Source: an uncultured virus (IMG/VR IMGVR_UViG_3300042945_002143) (Duplodnaviria; Heunggongvirae; Uroviricota; Caudoviricetes). From it: a DNA stretch of 64,000 bases. Shown here piece after piece: positions 40,853-49,682 of the stretch. Under the pieces are notes generated by a model. That model was given only the letters and a program-made list of their open reading frames with translations. It did no database searches and was not told where the DNA came from. The translations under genes and the position numbers were made by a program. The stretch lies in IMG/VR virus record IMGVR_UViG_3300042945_002143; one strand, written 5' to 3'. Every line of letters starts with the position of its first letter. Position 1 is the first letter of the stretch.

Positions 40853-41878
40853 ATGATAGTAATTAATGATTTTGCTTTTTGTTTTTTGTCACAATACGAT
40901 GTTGATATTGAAAGACAAGAATGTGAATTAACAAAACTTTCAGATAAATTTCAGATTGAAAGATGGTATAGAAAAGATAGGAATTTATCTAAGTATATTT
41001 CATTTTCCCAAATGATTAATGACGCTATAGATGATACCGACAGTGAATTTATGATTTTTTGTAATCCTAAAACAAATTTTACATCTAAAGATGTTGAATT
41101 TATGATAGATAAACTTTCAAATGGATATTGTTTTGTGTCAGTTGTTAGTTTTGGATTTTTTGGATTTTCAAAAGAGTTAATTAGAAGGGTTGGAATGTTA
41201 GATGAGAAATTTATTGGTGCAGAATTTGAAGATGATGATTTTGCAATAAGGTTATCTCATTTTAAAAAGGCTGTTTGGTGGGGTTATAACTATGACAAAT
41301 ATATTTATTATTTGTCAAAATCTGAAAATTTAAAACATATATCATATTCTATTTTTAATAGAAAATATAAAATAGTTGATAAAAAAATTTATATAAATAA
41401 AGATTTATTTACACATAAGAAAATTAGTAAACGGCATACTAATCATTCTGATGAAATTTTTAATTCATGGAAAGACTCAAGTCAATCATTTGGTGATATA
41501 CATTATGGTGAATACTTAAAAAATTTTGAAACTGAAATAGTTGATTTTAATTTAACTGAAAAATTAACAAATTTTGAAATAAAAATTAAAAAAAATATAT
41601 CTGATTTTTTTGTTGAATTATTGTCTGAAAATAAATTTGTAATTAAAATTGCAATTTTACAAAATTTTAATAAAGGTAGGACTATTCTTAAATATTTTGA
41701 AACTTTTAGTAATGGTTGGTATAAATTTAATATAATTGACCCGTATGATAATCAATTATATACTGACGACGTTGAAATTAGAATTTTTATAGATGATAAT
41801 CAAATATATAACAATACATTAAAAGAATACGAAGATTTATCTTTAAATTTTAACATACCTGTTTATGTTAATAATTAA
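40853..41878 (+). CDS. GT-A fold glycosyltransferase-like protein (GT2/GT7C-like)
   Basis: RVGMLDEKFIGAEFEDDDFAIRL. Confidence 0.55.
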   Translation: MIVINDFAFCFLSQYDVDIERQECELTKLSDKFQIERWYRKDRNLSKYISFSQMINDAIDDTDSEFMIFCNPKTNFTSKDVEFMIDKLSNGYCFVSVVSFGFFGFSKELIRRVGMLDEKFIGAEFEDDDFAIRLSHFKKAVWWGYNYDKYIYYLSKSENLKHISYSIFNRKYKIVDKKIYINKDLFTHKKISKRHTNHSDEIFNSWKDSSQSFGDIHYGEYLKNFETEIVDFNLTEKLTNFEIKIKKNISDFFVELLSENKFVIKIAILQNFNKGRTILKYFETFSNGWYKFNIIDPYDNQLYTDDVEIRIFIDDNQIYNNTLKEYEDLSLNFNIPVYVNN

Positions 41879-41896
41879 AAACATTATTATAGTAAT

Positions 41897-44029
41897 ATGA
41901 GAGTAACACAAGTAACACCAGGAATTATTACAATACCACCAAATGGATGGGGGGCTGTTGAAAAGGTAATATGGGAATATTACAACAAAATTAAAGAATT
42001 AGGGCATGAATGTGATATAAAATATCTTAATGAAGTGGATACTAATAGTAGTGATATTATTCATATTCACATGGCTAATTTAGCAATTGACGCTGCTAAC
42101 AAAGGAATACCTTACATTTTTTCATTACATGACCACCACGTTGTTTATTATGGTAAGGACTCATCTAACTACCAACAAAATTTAGAGGCGATTAAAAGGT
42201 CTGTGATATCTTTTACACATGCTGAGTTTTTAGTTGATTACTTTGATGAAACTGATAAGTTGTTCTACCTATCACACGGTGTTAATACTGAGTTTTTTAA
42301 AAATGATAATCCGAAAAGAACTGAACACAAATTATTGTGTTTGGCAAACAATGGTATTGGAGGAGATTCAACGTATGACAGAAAAGGATTTAGATACGCT
42401 ATTGAGGCAGCAATCAAATTAGATTTACCTATTACTGTTGCTGGTCCTGAAAACAATAGAATATTCTTTGAACATCATAATTACTTATTAAATTATGATA
42501 AGTTAACTTTAATGTTTTCAAATCCAAATGAAGAACAAATATTAGAATTATATAAAAGTCATTCTATATTCTTACATCCTTCTATGTTGGAAGCTGGTCA
42601 CCCAAACCTAACATTATTAGAAGCTGTCTCTTGTAATATGCCAGTTGTTGGAACTTATTTAGGTTCGCAAACAATAGAAGGAATGGTAGTGGTTGAAAGA
42701 GATGTAAATCAAATAGTTAGTGGTGTTAAACAAATCATTGATAACTACGATTTATATTTAAGTAACACTGAATTAGATAGACAAAATTATGATTGGAGTA
42801 TTATTACCAAGAGAATGGTTAGAATTTATGAAGACCTGATTAACAGTAGAAAGAATTTAAATAGTATTGAGACTAAACAAAGATTTGATAAAGTATTTGA
42901 GAATACTGAAATAAAACCAAAAGAAATGGTTGAAAAAATTGAAGTGATTAATCACTACATCAACGGAGCATTAGTAGAAATTAAAGGTAATACTGATAAG
43001 AAATATTTGGTTGAGTTTTGGAACCAAAATGGTGATTGTGAATATCGTGAGGAGATTGGGTGTAATATGTGGGTTAGATTAAGTAAGAAGTATTTTGATG
43101 AATACACATTGAAAATTTACTCTGAAGGTAATTTAATCAGTGAAAAGAAATACAACGCTGAAAACAAACGAGTTTATATTGCATTAGATTCAAAATCTTT
43201 GGGTGATACATTTGCTTGGGTACCTTACGCTGAGGAATTCAGAAAGAAACATAACTGTAAGGTTATTTGTTCAACATTCTTTAATGATTTATTTGTTAAA
43301 CAATATCCTGAGATACAATTTGTTTCACCTGGTAGTACGGTTCATAATCTATATGCAATGTATGAAATAGGTTGGTTCTATGATGGTGATAATGTTAAAA
43401 CGGATAGACACCCAAGTGATTTTAAATTAGGCCCATTACAAAAAACCGCAACAGACATTTTAGGTTTAGAATATAAGGAGGTAAAACCTTTAATTAAAAA
43501 CCCCAACAAGTTAAAGAAAAAACGAGTTGGACTTGGTATTCACTCAACTGCTCAATCAAAATACTGGAACAACCCAAATGGGTGGCAAGAGATTACTGAT
43601 TATCTAATATCTCTTGGTTATGAGGTTATTATCTATTCAAAAGAGGAAGATGGGTATATGGGTAATTACTATCCTAAAGGTGCTAAACAAAACCCACCAG
43701 GTTCCATCTATAAATTGATTGAAGAATTATCTACCTGTGAATTCTTCATAGGGATATCAAGTGGTATATCATGGGTTACTTGGGCTTTAGACATCCCAAC
43801 GGTATTAATATCAGGATTTACTGAAGAATTTAATGAACCTTATGAAAATGTTTATAAGGTAAGTGCCCCTGAGAACACTTGTAGAGGATGTGCCAATAAG
43901 TTTAGATTAGACCCGGGTGATTGGAATTGGTGTCCGATAAATAAGGGGAATGAAAAGATGTTTGAATGTTCTAAAAAGATTACATCCGGGATGGTAAAAG
44001 ATAAAATTATTGAATTACTTAGTAAGTAA
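41897..44029 (+). CDS. GT4 glycosyltransferase fused to an Aah/TibC-type (autotransporter O-heptosyltransferase-like) domain
   Basis: N-terminal IPPNGWGAVE...EAGHPNLTLLEA; C-terminal SKSLGDTFAWVPYAEEFRKKH, FFIGISSGISW, VLISGFT and Cys cluster CRGC...WCP...FECSKKIT. Confidence 0.8.
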   Translation: MRVTQVTPGIITIPPNGWGAVEKVIWEYYNKIKELGHECDIKYLNEVDTNSSDIIHIHMANLAIDAANKGIPYIFSLHDHHVVYYGKDSSNYQQNLEAIKRSVISFTHAEFLVDYFDETDKLFYLSHGVNTEFFKNDNPKRTEHKLLCLANNGIGGDSTYDRKGFRYAIEAAIKLDLPITVAGPENNRIFFEHHNYLLNYDKLTLMFSNPNEEQILELYKSHSIFLHPSMLEAGHPNLTLLEAVSCNMPVVGTYLGSQTIEGMVVVERDVNQIVSGVKQIIDNYDLYLSNTELDRQNYDWSIITKRMVRIYEDLINSRKNLNSIETKQRFDKVFENTEIKPKEMVEKIEVINHYINGALVEIKGNTDKKYLVEFWNQNGDCEYREEIGCNMWVRLSKKYFDEYTLKIYSEGNLISEKKYNAENKRVYIALDSKSLGDTFAWVPYAEEFRKKHNCKVICSTFFNDLFVKQYPEIQFVSPGSTVHNLYAMYEIGWFYDGDNVKTDRHPSDFKLGPLQKTATDILGLEYKEVKPLIKNPNKLKKKRVGLGIHSTAQSKYWNNPNGWQEITDYLISLGYEVIIYSKEEDGYMGNYYPKGAKQNPPGSIYKLIEELSTCEFFIGISSGISWVTWALDIPTVLISGFTEEFNEPYENVYKVSAPENTCRGCANKFRLDPGDWNWCPINKGNEKMFECSKKITSGMVKDKIIELLSK

Positions 44030-44038
44030 TTCAATAAT
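44006..44038. repeat. Perfect 16-bp inverted repeat at the overlap of convergent genes
   Basis: ATTATTGAATTACTTA-G-TAAGTAATTCAATAAT. Confidence 0.9.
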
Positions 44039-44185
44039 GTTTTTTGTAATGTCAACTACTGCATAAATTACTAAACCAAAAACAACTACAGACATAATAA
44101 TGTATGGTGTCATTTTTTGTCTTGTTTTTTTACATTTAGTACAAGTTTTTTCTTCTGAATTTTTTAAATTTTCCATGTTTTCCAT
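44015..44185 (-). CDS. Small CxxC + TM protein (56 aa); absent from the ORF track
   Basis: MENMENLKNSEEKTCTKCKKTRQKMTPYIIMSVVVFGLVIYAVVDITKNIIELLTK*. Confidence 0.55.
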   Translation of the reverse strand: MENMENLKNSEEKTCTKCKKTRQKMTPYIIMSVVVFGLVIYAVVDITKNIIELLTK

Positions 44186-44196
44186 TATTTATAATT

Positions 44197-44583
44197 ATGA
44201 GACTTTTAAATTGTATTAAAAACATAATAAAGGAAGAAAGGATTGGAAAGCTTTTTGGTGACATTAAAGTTAAAGTATCTATTGAAACTTCATCACATGG
44301 TAATACCCAAAGGTTTAGACATGGTAAAGATGAAGTGATTACTAATGATGAAATATTAAATGTATTAAACTTAGGTCTACCTGAAATATTAGATGGTATT
44401 AAAGAAGGTGAGTTGGGACAAGATTCATCAATAGTCGTTTCACAAAAAGATTATCCATTCTTGAATGTTGTTACCAATTTAGAAGAACAAGATTGTTATA
44501 ATTTCCAAATTAATATTGTTACGACAATTCGTAAGAAAAGATTTTACACAACAGGTAAAAACGATTTCCAAATTTACGTATAA
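44197..44583 (+). CDS. Hypothetical protein
   Basis: TATTTATA upstream; N-terminus IKNIIKEE. Confidence 0.65.
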   Translation: MRLLNCIKNIIKEERIGKLFGDIKVKVSIETSSHGNTQRFRHGKDEVITNDEILNVLNLGLPEILDGIKEGELGQDSSIVVSQKDYPFLNVVTNLEEQDCYNFQINIVTTIRKKRFYTTGKNDFQIYV

Positions 44584-44729
44584 ATAAAAACCCCCAAAAC
44601 ATCCGATGTAATGAGGGTTTTTATCTTTTTCACCTAACGGTTGAGGCTTTTGCCTTTGAACACACCGGGGTTCAATTCCGACTTAATGATTTGGTTGGGT
44701 TATTAAGTTGACCCCATTCGTTTAACTTG
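44584..44729 (-). ncRNA. Candidate small structured RNA (strand not certain)
   Basis: ORF-free, locally GC-richer, several hairpins. Minus-strand TATATTTG at 44734-44741 upstream and a terminator-like stem at 44584-44624. Confidence 0.4.
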
Positions 44730-44800
44730 AATACAAATATAAATAGAATATCCTGAATAAAAAAATATATTTTAAACTTTTTTTGTTATATCTTTGTCGT

Positions 44801-44938
44801 ATGAAACAGGAAATACTACCACTAAATCTTCGTCATGTTGCTCAAATTGTGAGACGGAATATGATTACAAAAGTTGTACCATGCGGTAAGGAGTATTCGC
44901 GTAAAAGATTTAAAAAGGTTGATATCTACCAAGATTAG
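44801..44938 (+). CDS. Small basic protein (45 aa); absent from the ORF track
   Basis: MKQEILPLNLRHVAQIVRRNMITKVVPCGKEYSRKRFKKVDIYQD*; TATCTTTG lies 4 nt upstream. Confidence 0.6.
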   Translation: MKQEILPLNLRHVAQIVRRNMITKVVPCGKEYSRKRFKKVDIYQD

Positions 44939-44960
44939 AATTATATTTACGAAAAAAGTT

Positions 44961-45800
44961 ATGCTGTCATATATTGGAGGTAAGAGTAAGATAGGTAAGT
45001 GGATTGTCCCATTCTACCCAACAGATATGGAAACGTATGTTGAAACATTTGGTGGTATGTTTTGGTGTTTTTTTAACATGGATTTGAAACAATACCCAAA
45101 TCTTAAAAGAGTTGTTTATAACGACTTCAATCCTTTGAACTATAATTTGTTTATGTGTCTTCAGGACCCTCAGTCTCTTTTGTCTGTAATTAATAACATT
45201 CCGTGTCAACAACAAGGTGTGGAAGTAACGCCACCAATTTATAAAGAACAATTTAATGAGTTTCAAAAGGAAATTTTCTCTCATGGTTTAACAATTAACT
45301 ATCCTGATTATAATGTTGCAGCGAAGTATGCTTATGTTCTAACACAGGTTTTCAGTGGTTCAAAACCTGAGACATCAAGTTTTATTGATTTGAAAGGTAA
45401 GTATAAGTCAAAATATCTTACCTTTAGAGATAAATTATCTAAACCTGATTGGGTGGAACATTTCAATAGAATATCGGAGTTTAGATTAGGTGATTTTGAA
45501 GATGTTATTAAAGAGTTTGATAGCCCGACAACATACTTTTATGTTGACCCGCCGTATTATAGGACTGAAAACTATTACTCAAACCACGATTTTGATAGTA
45601 CTGACCATGAAAGATTAGCAGATTGTTTAAAAGGAATTCAGGGTAAGTTTAGTTTATCTTACTACGATTTTCAGTTGTTGAATGAGTGGTTCCCAAAGGA
45701 GGGATACAAATGGGAGAAGAAAGAATTTGCTAAAGCTGCTGCGGCGAAGAAAGGAAAGGCACAAAATATGGGGGAAGAACTATTAATTATGAATTATTGA
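44961..45800 (+). CDS. DNA N6-adenine methyltransferase, Dam/D12 class
   Basis: YIGGKSK, YVETFGG, VYNDFN, YVDPPY, ELLIMNY; start at MLSYIGG. Confidence 0.88.
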   Translation: MLSYIGGKSKIGKWIVPFYPTDMETYVETFGGMFWCFFNMDLKQYPNLKRVVYNDFNPLNYNLFMCLQDPQSLLSVINNIPCQQQGVEVTPPIYKEQFNEFQKEIFSHGLTINYPDYNVAAKYAYVLTQVFSGSKPETSSFIDLKGKYKSKYLTFRDKLSKPDWVEHFNRISEFRLGDFEDVIKEFDSPTTYFYVDPPYYRTENYYSNHDFDSTDHERLADCLKGIQGKFSLSYYDFQLLNEWFPKEGYKWEKKEFAKAAAAKKGKAQNMGEELLIMNY

Positions 45801-45824
45801 TATATTTATATAAAAACTTTAGAA

Positions 45825-47177
45825 ATGAAATTTACTAATATTTTAAAAAACATTATCTTAGAAGATTCAAGATTTAACCTTCTATATGATAAATTAGTTG
45901 ACAAAGGTGGTAGAAAACCTGAACCTGGTAAAATCCCTTTTGAAACATTGAGAACTATTATCTTTGCTGACCCTACAACAAGAGCTCCGCAAAGTTTACT
46001 TCAAAATATTGATAGTCTAACGCCTGAACAAATGGAAATTGTTAAGGTTGGTAAGTATACTAACTGGATATTAAAGAATTTCTTAAAACCATCATTTAGT
46101 GATGAAAGAGCGGATGTTGAAGTTGGTTCACCTGAATATAAACAATTAGTTAAAAGATATCGTGACTTATACCTTGAGGATTTATACAAGGTTACTGACG
46201 ACTTAAAGAAGTTTGAGAGATTCAAAGGTCAATTAGAAGCTGACAAAAGAGATATTAATAAATTGACTGTTGATACATTATTTGATGCGGTTAAGGACTT
46301 TAAGTTAGAAAAAACAAAAGGAACAAAACAAGAAAAAGAAGAAGCTAAATCAACTTACCAATACCCTGGTTCAACGATTGCATTTAAAGGGCCAAACTGG
46401 ACTGTAGTTAAGATTGAAGACCAAAGTGAACTTGGTAAGAACGCGGCTTGTTTCTTTGGTGGTTATCACGAACCTGATATGGGTGAAACAAGATGGTGTA
46501 CATCATCACCTGGTTTAAGTTACTTTAACACTTATATCAAACAAGGACCATTATATGTAATTCTACCTAATAACAGTTCTGACTTGGGTAAGAAATCAGG
46601 TCTTCCTGTTGAAAGATACCAATGGCACTTCCAATCTAATCAGTTTATGGATAGAAACGATAGAAATGTGAATATCGTTGAAATGCTACAAGGTAAGTTG
46701 GCTGAACTTAAAGAGTTCTTCAAACCTGAATTTGCTAAAGGATTAGCGAAAGAAAATGGTAAGAGAGTTGATATTGTTTATCCTGAATCTTCGGCTGGTA
46801 AGTTTGTTGGATTATATGGATTTAAAGAATTATTTGACAACCTACCAGATGACTTGGAACAATTAATCATCCAAACTTCAAAGAACATTAAAGAAACAAT
46901 TGCTCTTGAAGTTCCTGAAAGTATTGGAAGATTTGATAAGTTACAAACACTTTTATTAGGTGGTATGGTTAAATCTGTTCCTAATAGTATCTGTAATTTG
47001 ACTAGTTTACTATTACTTGCTTTACCAAACAACCCTCAGTTAACGACTATCCCAACTTGTGTTAAAGATTTACCTATGTTAGGTTTCTTGAATGTAAGTG
47101 GAAGTAATGTTAAACTTCCTGAAGAACTTAAAGATGTTTTACATGAGGAAGGTGATGGTTATTATTATGTAGTTTAA
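45825..47177 (+). CDS. Hypothetical protein with C-terminal leucine-rich repeats
   Basis: ETRWCTS motif; LRRs VPESIGRFDKLQTLLL, VPNSICNLTSLLLLAL, IPTCVKDLPMLGFLNV. Confidence 0.75.
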   Translation: MKFTNILKNIILEDSRFNLLYDKLVDKGGRKPEPGKIPFETLRTIIFADPTTRAPQSLLQNIDSLTPEQMEIVKVGKYTNWILKNFLKPSFSDERADVEVGSPEYKQLVKRYRDLYLEDLYKVTDDLKKFERFKGQLEADKRDINKLTVDTLFDAVKDFKLEKTKGTKQEKEEAKSTYQYPGSTIAFKGPNWTVVKIEDQSELGKNAACFFGGYHEPDMGETRWCTSSPGLSYFNTYIKQGPLYVILPNNSSDLGKKSGLPVERYQWHFQSNQFMDRNDRNVNIVEMLQGKLAELKEFFKPEFAKGLAKENGKRVDIVYPESSAGKFVGLYGFKELFDNLPDDLEQLIIQTSKNIKETIALEVPESIGRFDKLQTLLLGGMVKSVPNSICNLTSLLLLALPNNPQLTTIPTCVKDLPMLGFLNVSGSNVKLPEELKDVLHEEGDGYYYVV

Positions 47178-47215
47178 TAAATAAGTTATATCTTTGTTTC
47201 CTAATCTTAGAGCCT

Positions 47216-47506
47216 ATGAAAAATGTGGATGCGGAAATTTACTTAAATCAATTGATTACGTTCTTTGAAAAGAACCCCAACGATTTGATTGACTTAATTG
47301 GGGAACTTAAGAAAACCAAATTCTATAAAAGAATTAAAGAAAAAGTTTACGAGAATGTTGAAAATGGTTTGGAACTCATCCTTACCCAGCAACAACTTAT
47401 TGATATTGTTGTGGGTATGTACGATGAGACAAACAAAACTATTAAGCCAATGGAGATTAAGACTCCTGTTATCAAAACAAATTATGGAATTATTTTTCTA
47501 AATTGA
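47216..47506 (+). CDS. Hypothetical protein
   Basis: TATCTTTG upstream (47189-47196). Confidence 0.7.
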   Translation: MKNVDAEIYLNQLITFFEKNPNDLIDLIGELKKTKFYKRIKEKVYENVENGLELILTQQQLIDIVVGMYDETNKTIKPMEIKTPVIKTNYGIIFLN

Positions 47507-47516
47507 TGAAAAAAAA

Positions 47517-47547
47517 TTTGGTAGATGAAAAAAAACATCTATATTTG
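47517..47547 (+). promoter_or_regulatory. Bacteroidota-type housekeeping promoter
   Basis: TTTG-N19-TATATTTG. Confidence 0.7.
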
Positions 47548-47586
47548 TAAAAGAATTAGTCACAAACCCTTTAATACTTAAACACA

Positions 47587-48033
47587 ATGAAAAAGTTAAT
47601 TTTGAGTTTTTTGTTTTCAGTCTCAAGTCTTCTTGTATTTTCTCAAACTATTTTGATTAATGTTTCTGAGATGAAATATTTTAGAAGCCCGGGTAAAGTT
47701 GAATATGCTGAAGTTTTAAAAGATAAAGAGTTAGAATTTGATATATTCGAGGTTAATGGTTCGTATTCAATTAATGTGGATGATAATATTATTAATTTTG
47801 TAAATGGTGATACTAACGGTGTTAGAGTTTTAAAATCTTTTACTGAAGAAAATGGTGTTACTGAAATTGTATTCATTGATGATTATAATTCAAATCAATC
47901 TAATAATGAAATACTTGTTAAAATAGTTATTGATAATATTAATAATACTGTATTTTACACTTACTTTCATGACATTAAAGAAAGTACTATTGTGTATCAG
48001 TTTACAGATTTTAATGTATGTGTAGTAAATTAA
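47587..48033 (+). CDS. Secreted hypothetical protein
   Basis: Signal peptide MKKLILSFLFSVSSLLVFS|Q. Confidence 0.7.
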   Translation: MKKLILSFLFSVSSLLVFSQTILINVSEMKYFRSPGKVEYAEVLKDKELEFDIFEVNGSYSINVDDNIINFVNGDTNGVRVLKSFTEENGVTEIVFIDDYNSNQSNNEILVKIVIDNINNTVFYTYFHDIKESTIVYQFTDFNVCVVN

Positions 48034-48041
48034 TTAAATAA

Positions 48042-48073
48042 AAAAAAATCTTTGGTCACCCAAAGATTTTTTT
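48042..48073. terminator. Bidirectional intrinsic terminator
   Basis: AAAAAAATCTTTGG-TCAC-CCAAAGATTTTTTT between convergent genes. Confidence 0.8.
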
Positions 48074-48092
48074 ATTATTTTTTGTTAATTAA

Positions 48093-48857
48093 TTATGTTC
48101 TTGAAGTTACTTGAGTTGGTTCAGATGTTGGTGCTGTTTTTGGAACACCGAATTGAGTACCAACTTTAGCCTTTAAATAGATTTTCTTTTCGGGATTATC
48201 AGTATCGTTAGTTTTGATTACTGCAGTTCCAATTAACACTGCTTTTTCTCCTGAATCCGAAGAAACATCAATTTTTTTCGTTGGGGTGGTATAATGTAAG
48301 ACAAATTGTGTTGGTCCAGGTGTTCTGCTTACAGGCATTCCACCAATGTATCCTTTTGTTTCGTCTGAATTTTTGTACCCAAGGATTGGTTTAGAATAAT
48401 CTAAAGTTACTACAGGTTGACCGTATTTTTTAACCCAATTAGGGTCTGGAGTAAATGCAAATGATGATATCATACCTGGCTTACCCCCCATTGCGTATTG
48501 ACCTATTTCGTAACTTAATAAATAAAAACTACCAAAAGCTTTATCACCTGAGTTATAAGTTCCATCTGGTATTTCCACGTTAACATATTTACTCATTTCA
48601 TCACCTTTAATCATTTCACTATACTGTCTCATTTTAGCCTGGTCATCAGTCCATGCTACGTTAATACCATATACGCGACCATCTTTACCAGTAAAAATCA
48701 AACGTGTTGATGGATTAAACGTTGCCTTTCCAGCAGCTTGTTGAGGAGACGCTGTTTGTTGAGGTGCCTCAGTTAAATAATTTTTTCTTGTTGCAGTTTG
48801 ATGCATTTCAAGGATTCTGTTTCTTTCTTCAGAAGAAATATCTAATAGTTTTTTCAT
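48093..48857 (-). CDS. Hypothetical protein, possible head-packaged protein
   Basis: N-terminal ISSEERNRILEMH...YLTE leader; TATTTATT upstream on the minus strand. Confidence 0.7.
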   Translation of the reverse strand: MKKLLDISSEERNRILEMHQTATRKNYLTEAPQQTASPQQAAGKATFNPSTRLIFTGKDGRVYGINVAWTDDQAKMRQYSEMIKGDEMSKYVNVEIPDGTYNSGDKAFGSFYLLSYEIGQYAMGGKPGMISSFAFTPDPNWVKKYGQPVVTLDYSKPILGYKNSDETKGYIGGMPVSRTPGPTQFVLHYTTPTKKIDVSSDSGEKAVLIGTAVIKTNDTDNPEKKIYLKAKVGTQFGVPKTAPTSEPTQVTSRT

Positions 48858-48935
48858 AGTTTGTTATTTTCTAAATAAATATGCTGCACATCTAAAAAAG
48901 TTTACTATATTTGTAGAAATAAAACAATAAACACT

Positions 48936-49682
48936 ATGAACCTACAAGATTTAAGAACAACAGTACCAGCATTATTCCAAACTGAAAAACTTTCAAAATT
49001 GTCTGACCGTTACACCATGGTTCCTACCATTGATGTAGTAGACAAGTTCATCCAAAACGGATGGCAAGTAAGTGGAGCAAAACAAGTGGGTAAGAGCTCA
49101 TTTGGTAAACACCAAGTTCGTCTTCGTAATGCAGAACTTCCACAAGTAGGTGACTCGTTATTAGAGGCGGTAATCACCAACTCACACAACGGAACTTCAA
49201 CTCTCCAAGTAGGTGCTGGTTTATTCCGACTTGTATGTAGCAATGGTTTAACTGTTCCTGTATCAACCTTCGGGGACATGAAACAAACTCACTTGAACTT
49301 GAGTATGAGTGATGTTGAATTAATTACTGAGCAGTTCGTATTGAACACTCCAAAGATTCAAAAGTCAGTAACCCGTATGATGGAAGTGACTATGGATACT
49401 GAAAGAAAGATTGACTTTGTATCTAAGGCGGTTGGTATCCGTTGGAAGAACACCGAGGATATCTCAACTCTAACTTTGGAGACAATCATTGACCCACTTC
49501 GTGATGGTGATAGTGATGATAACCTTTGGACCACCTTTAACGTAGTACAAGAGAAGTTAATCCGTGGAGGGTTCATCAAACAACAAGGACGTAACACTCG
49601 TTCAGTAAAGGGTATCCAATCCTTGAATATGGATAACATGATTAACACAAAACTTTGGGAGCTAGCTGAAACATTTTGCTAA
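48936..49682 (+). CDS. DUF932/DUF945 family protein
   Basis: SDRYTMVPT, NSHNGTS...AGLFRLVCSNG, LWTTFNVVQEKLIRGG. Confidence 0.8.
   Translation: MNLQDLRTTVPALFQTEKLSKLSDRYTMVPTIDVVDKFIQNGWQVSGAKQVGKSSFGKHQVRLRNAELPQVGDSLLEAVITNSHNGTSTLQVGAGLFRLVCSNGLTVPVSTFGDMKQTHLNLSMSDVELITEQFVLNTPKIQKSVTRMMEVTMDTERKIDFVSKAVGIRWKNTEDISTLTLETIIDPLRDGDSDDNLWTTFNVVQEKLIRGGFIKQQGRNTRSVKGIQSLNMDNMINTKLWELAETFC

Noticed and set aside
44664..44685. tRNA suggested by the GGTTCAATTCC T-loop-like motif
   Set aside because: No 5-bp T stem around a 7-nt loop, and no acceptor, D or anticodon arms can be built.
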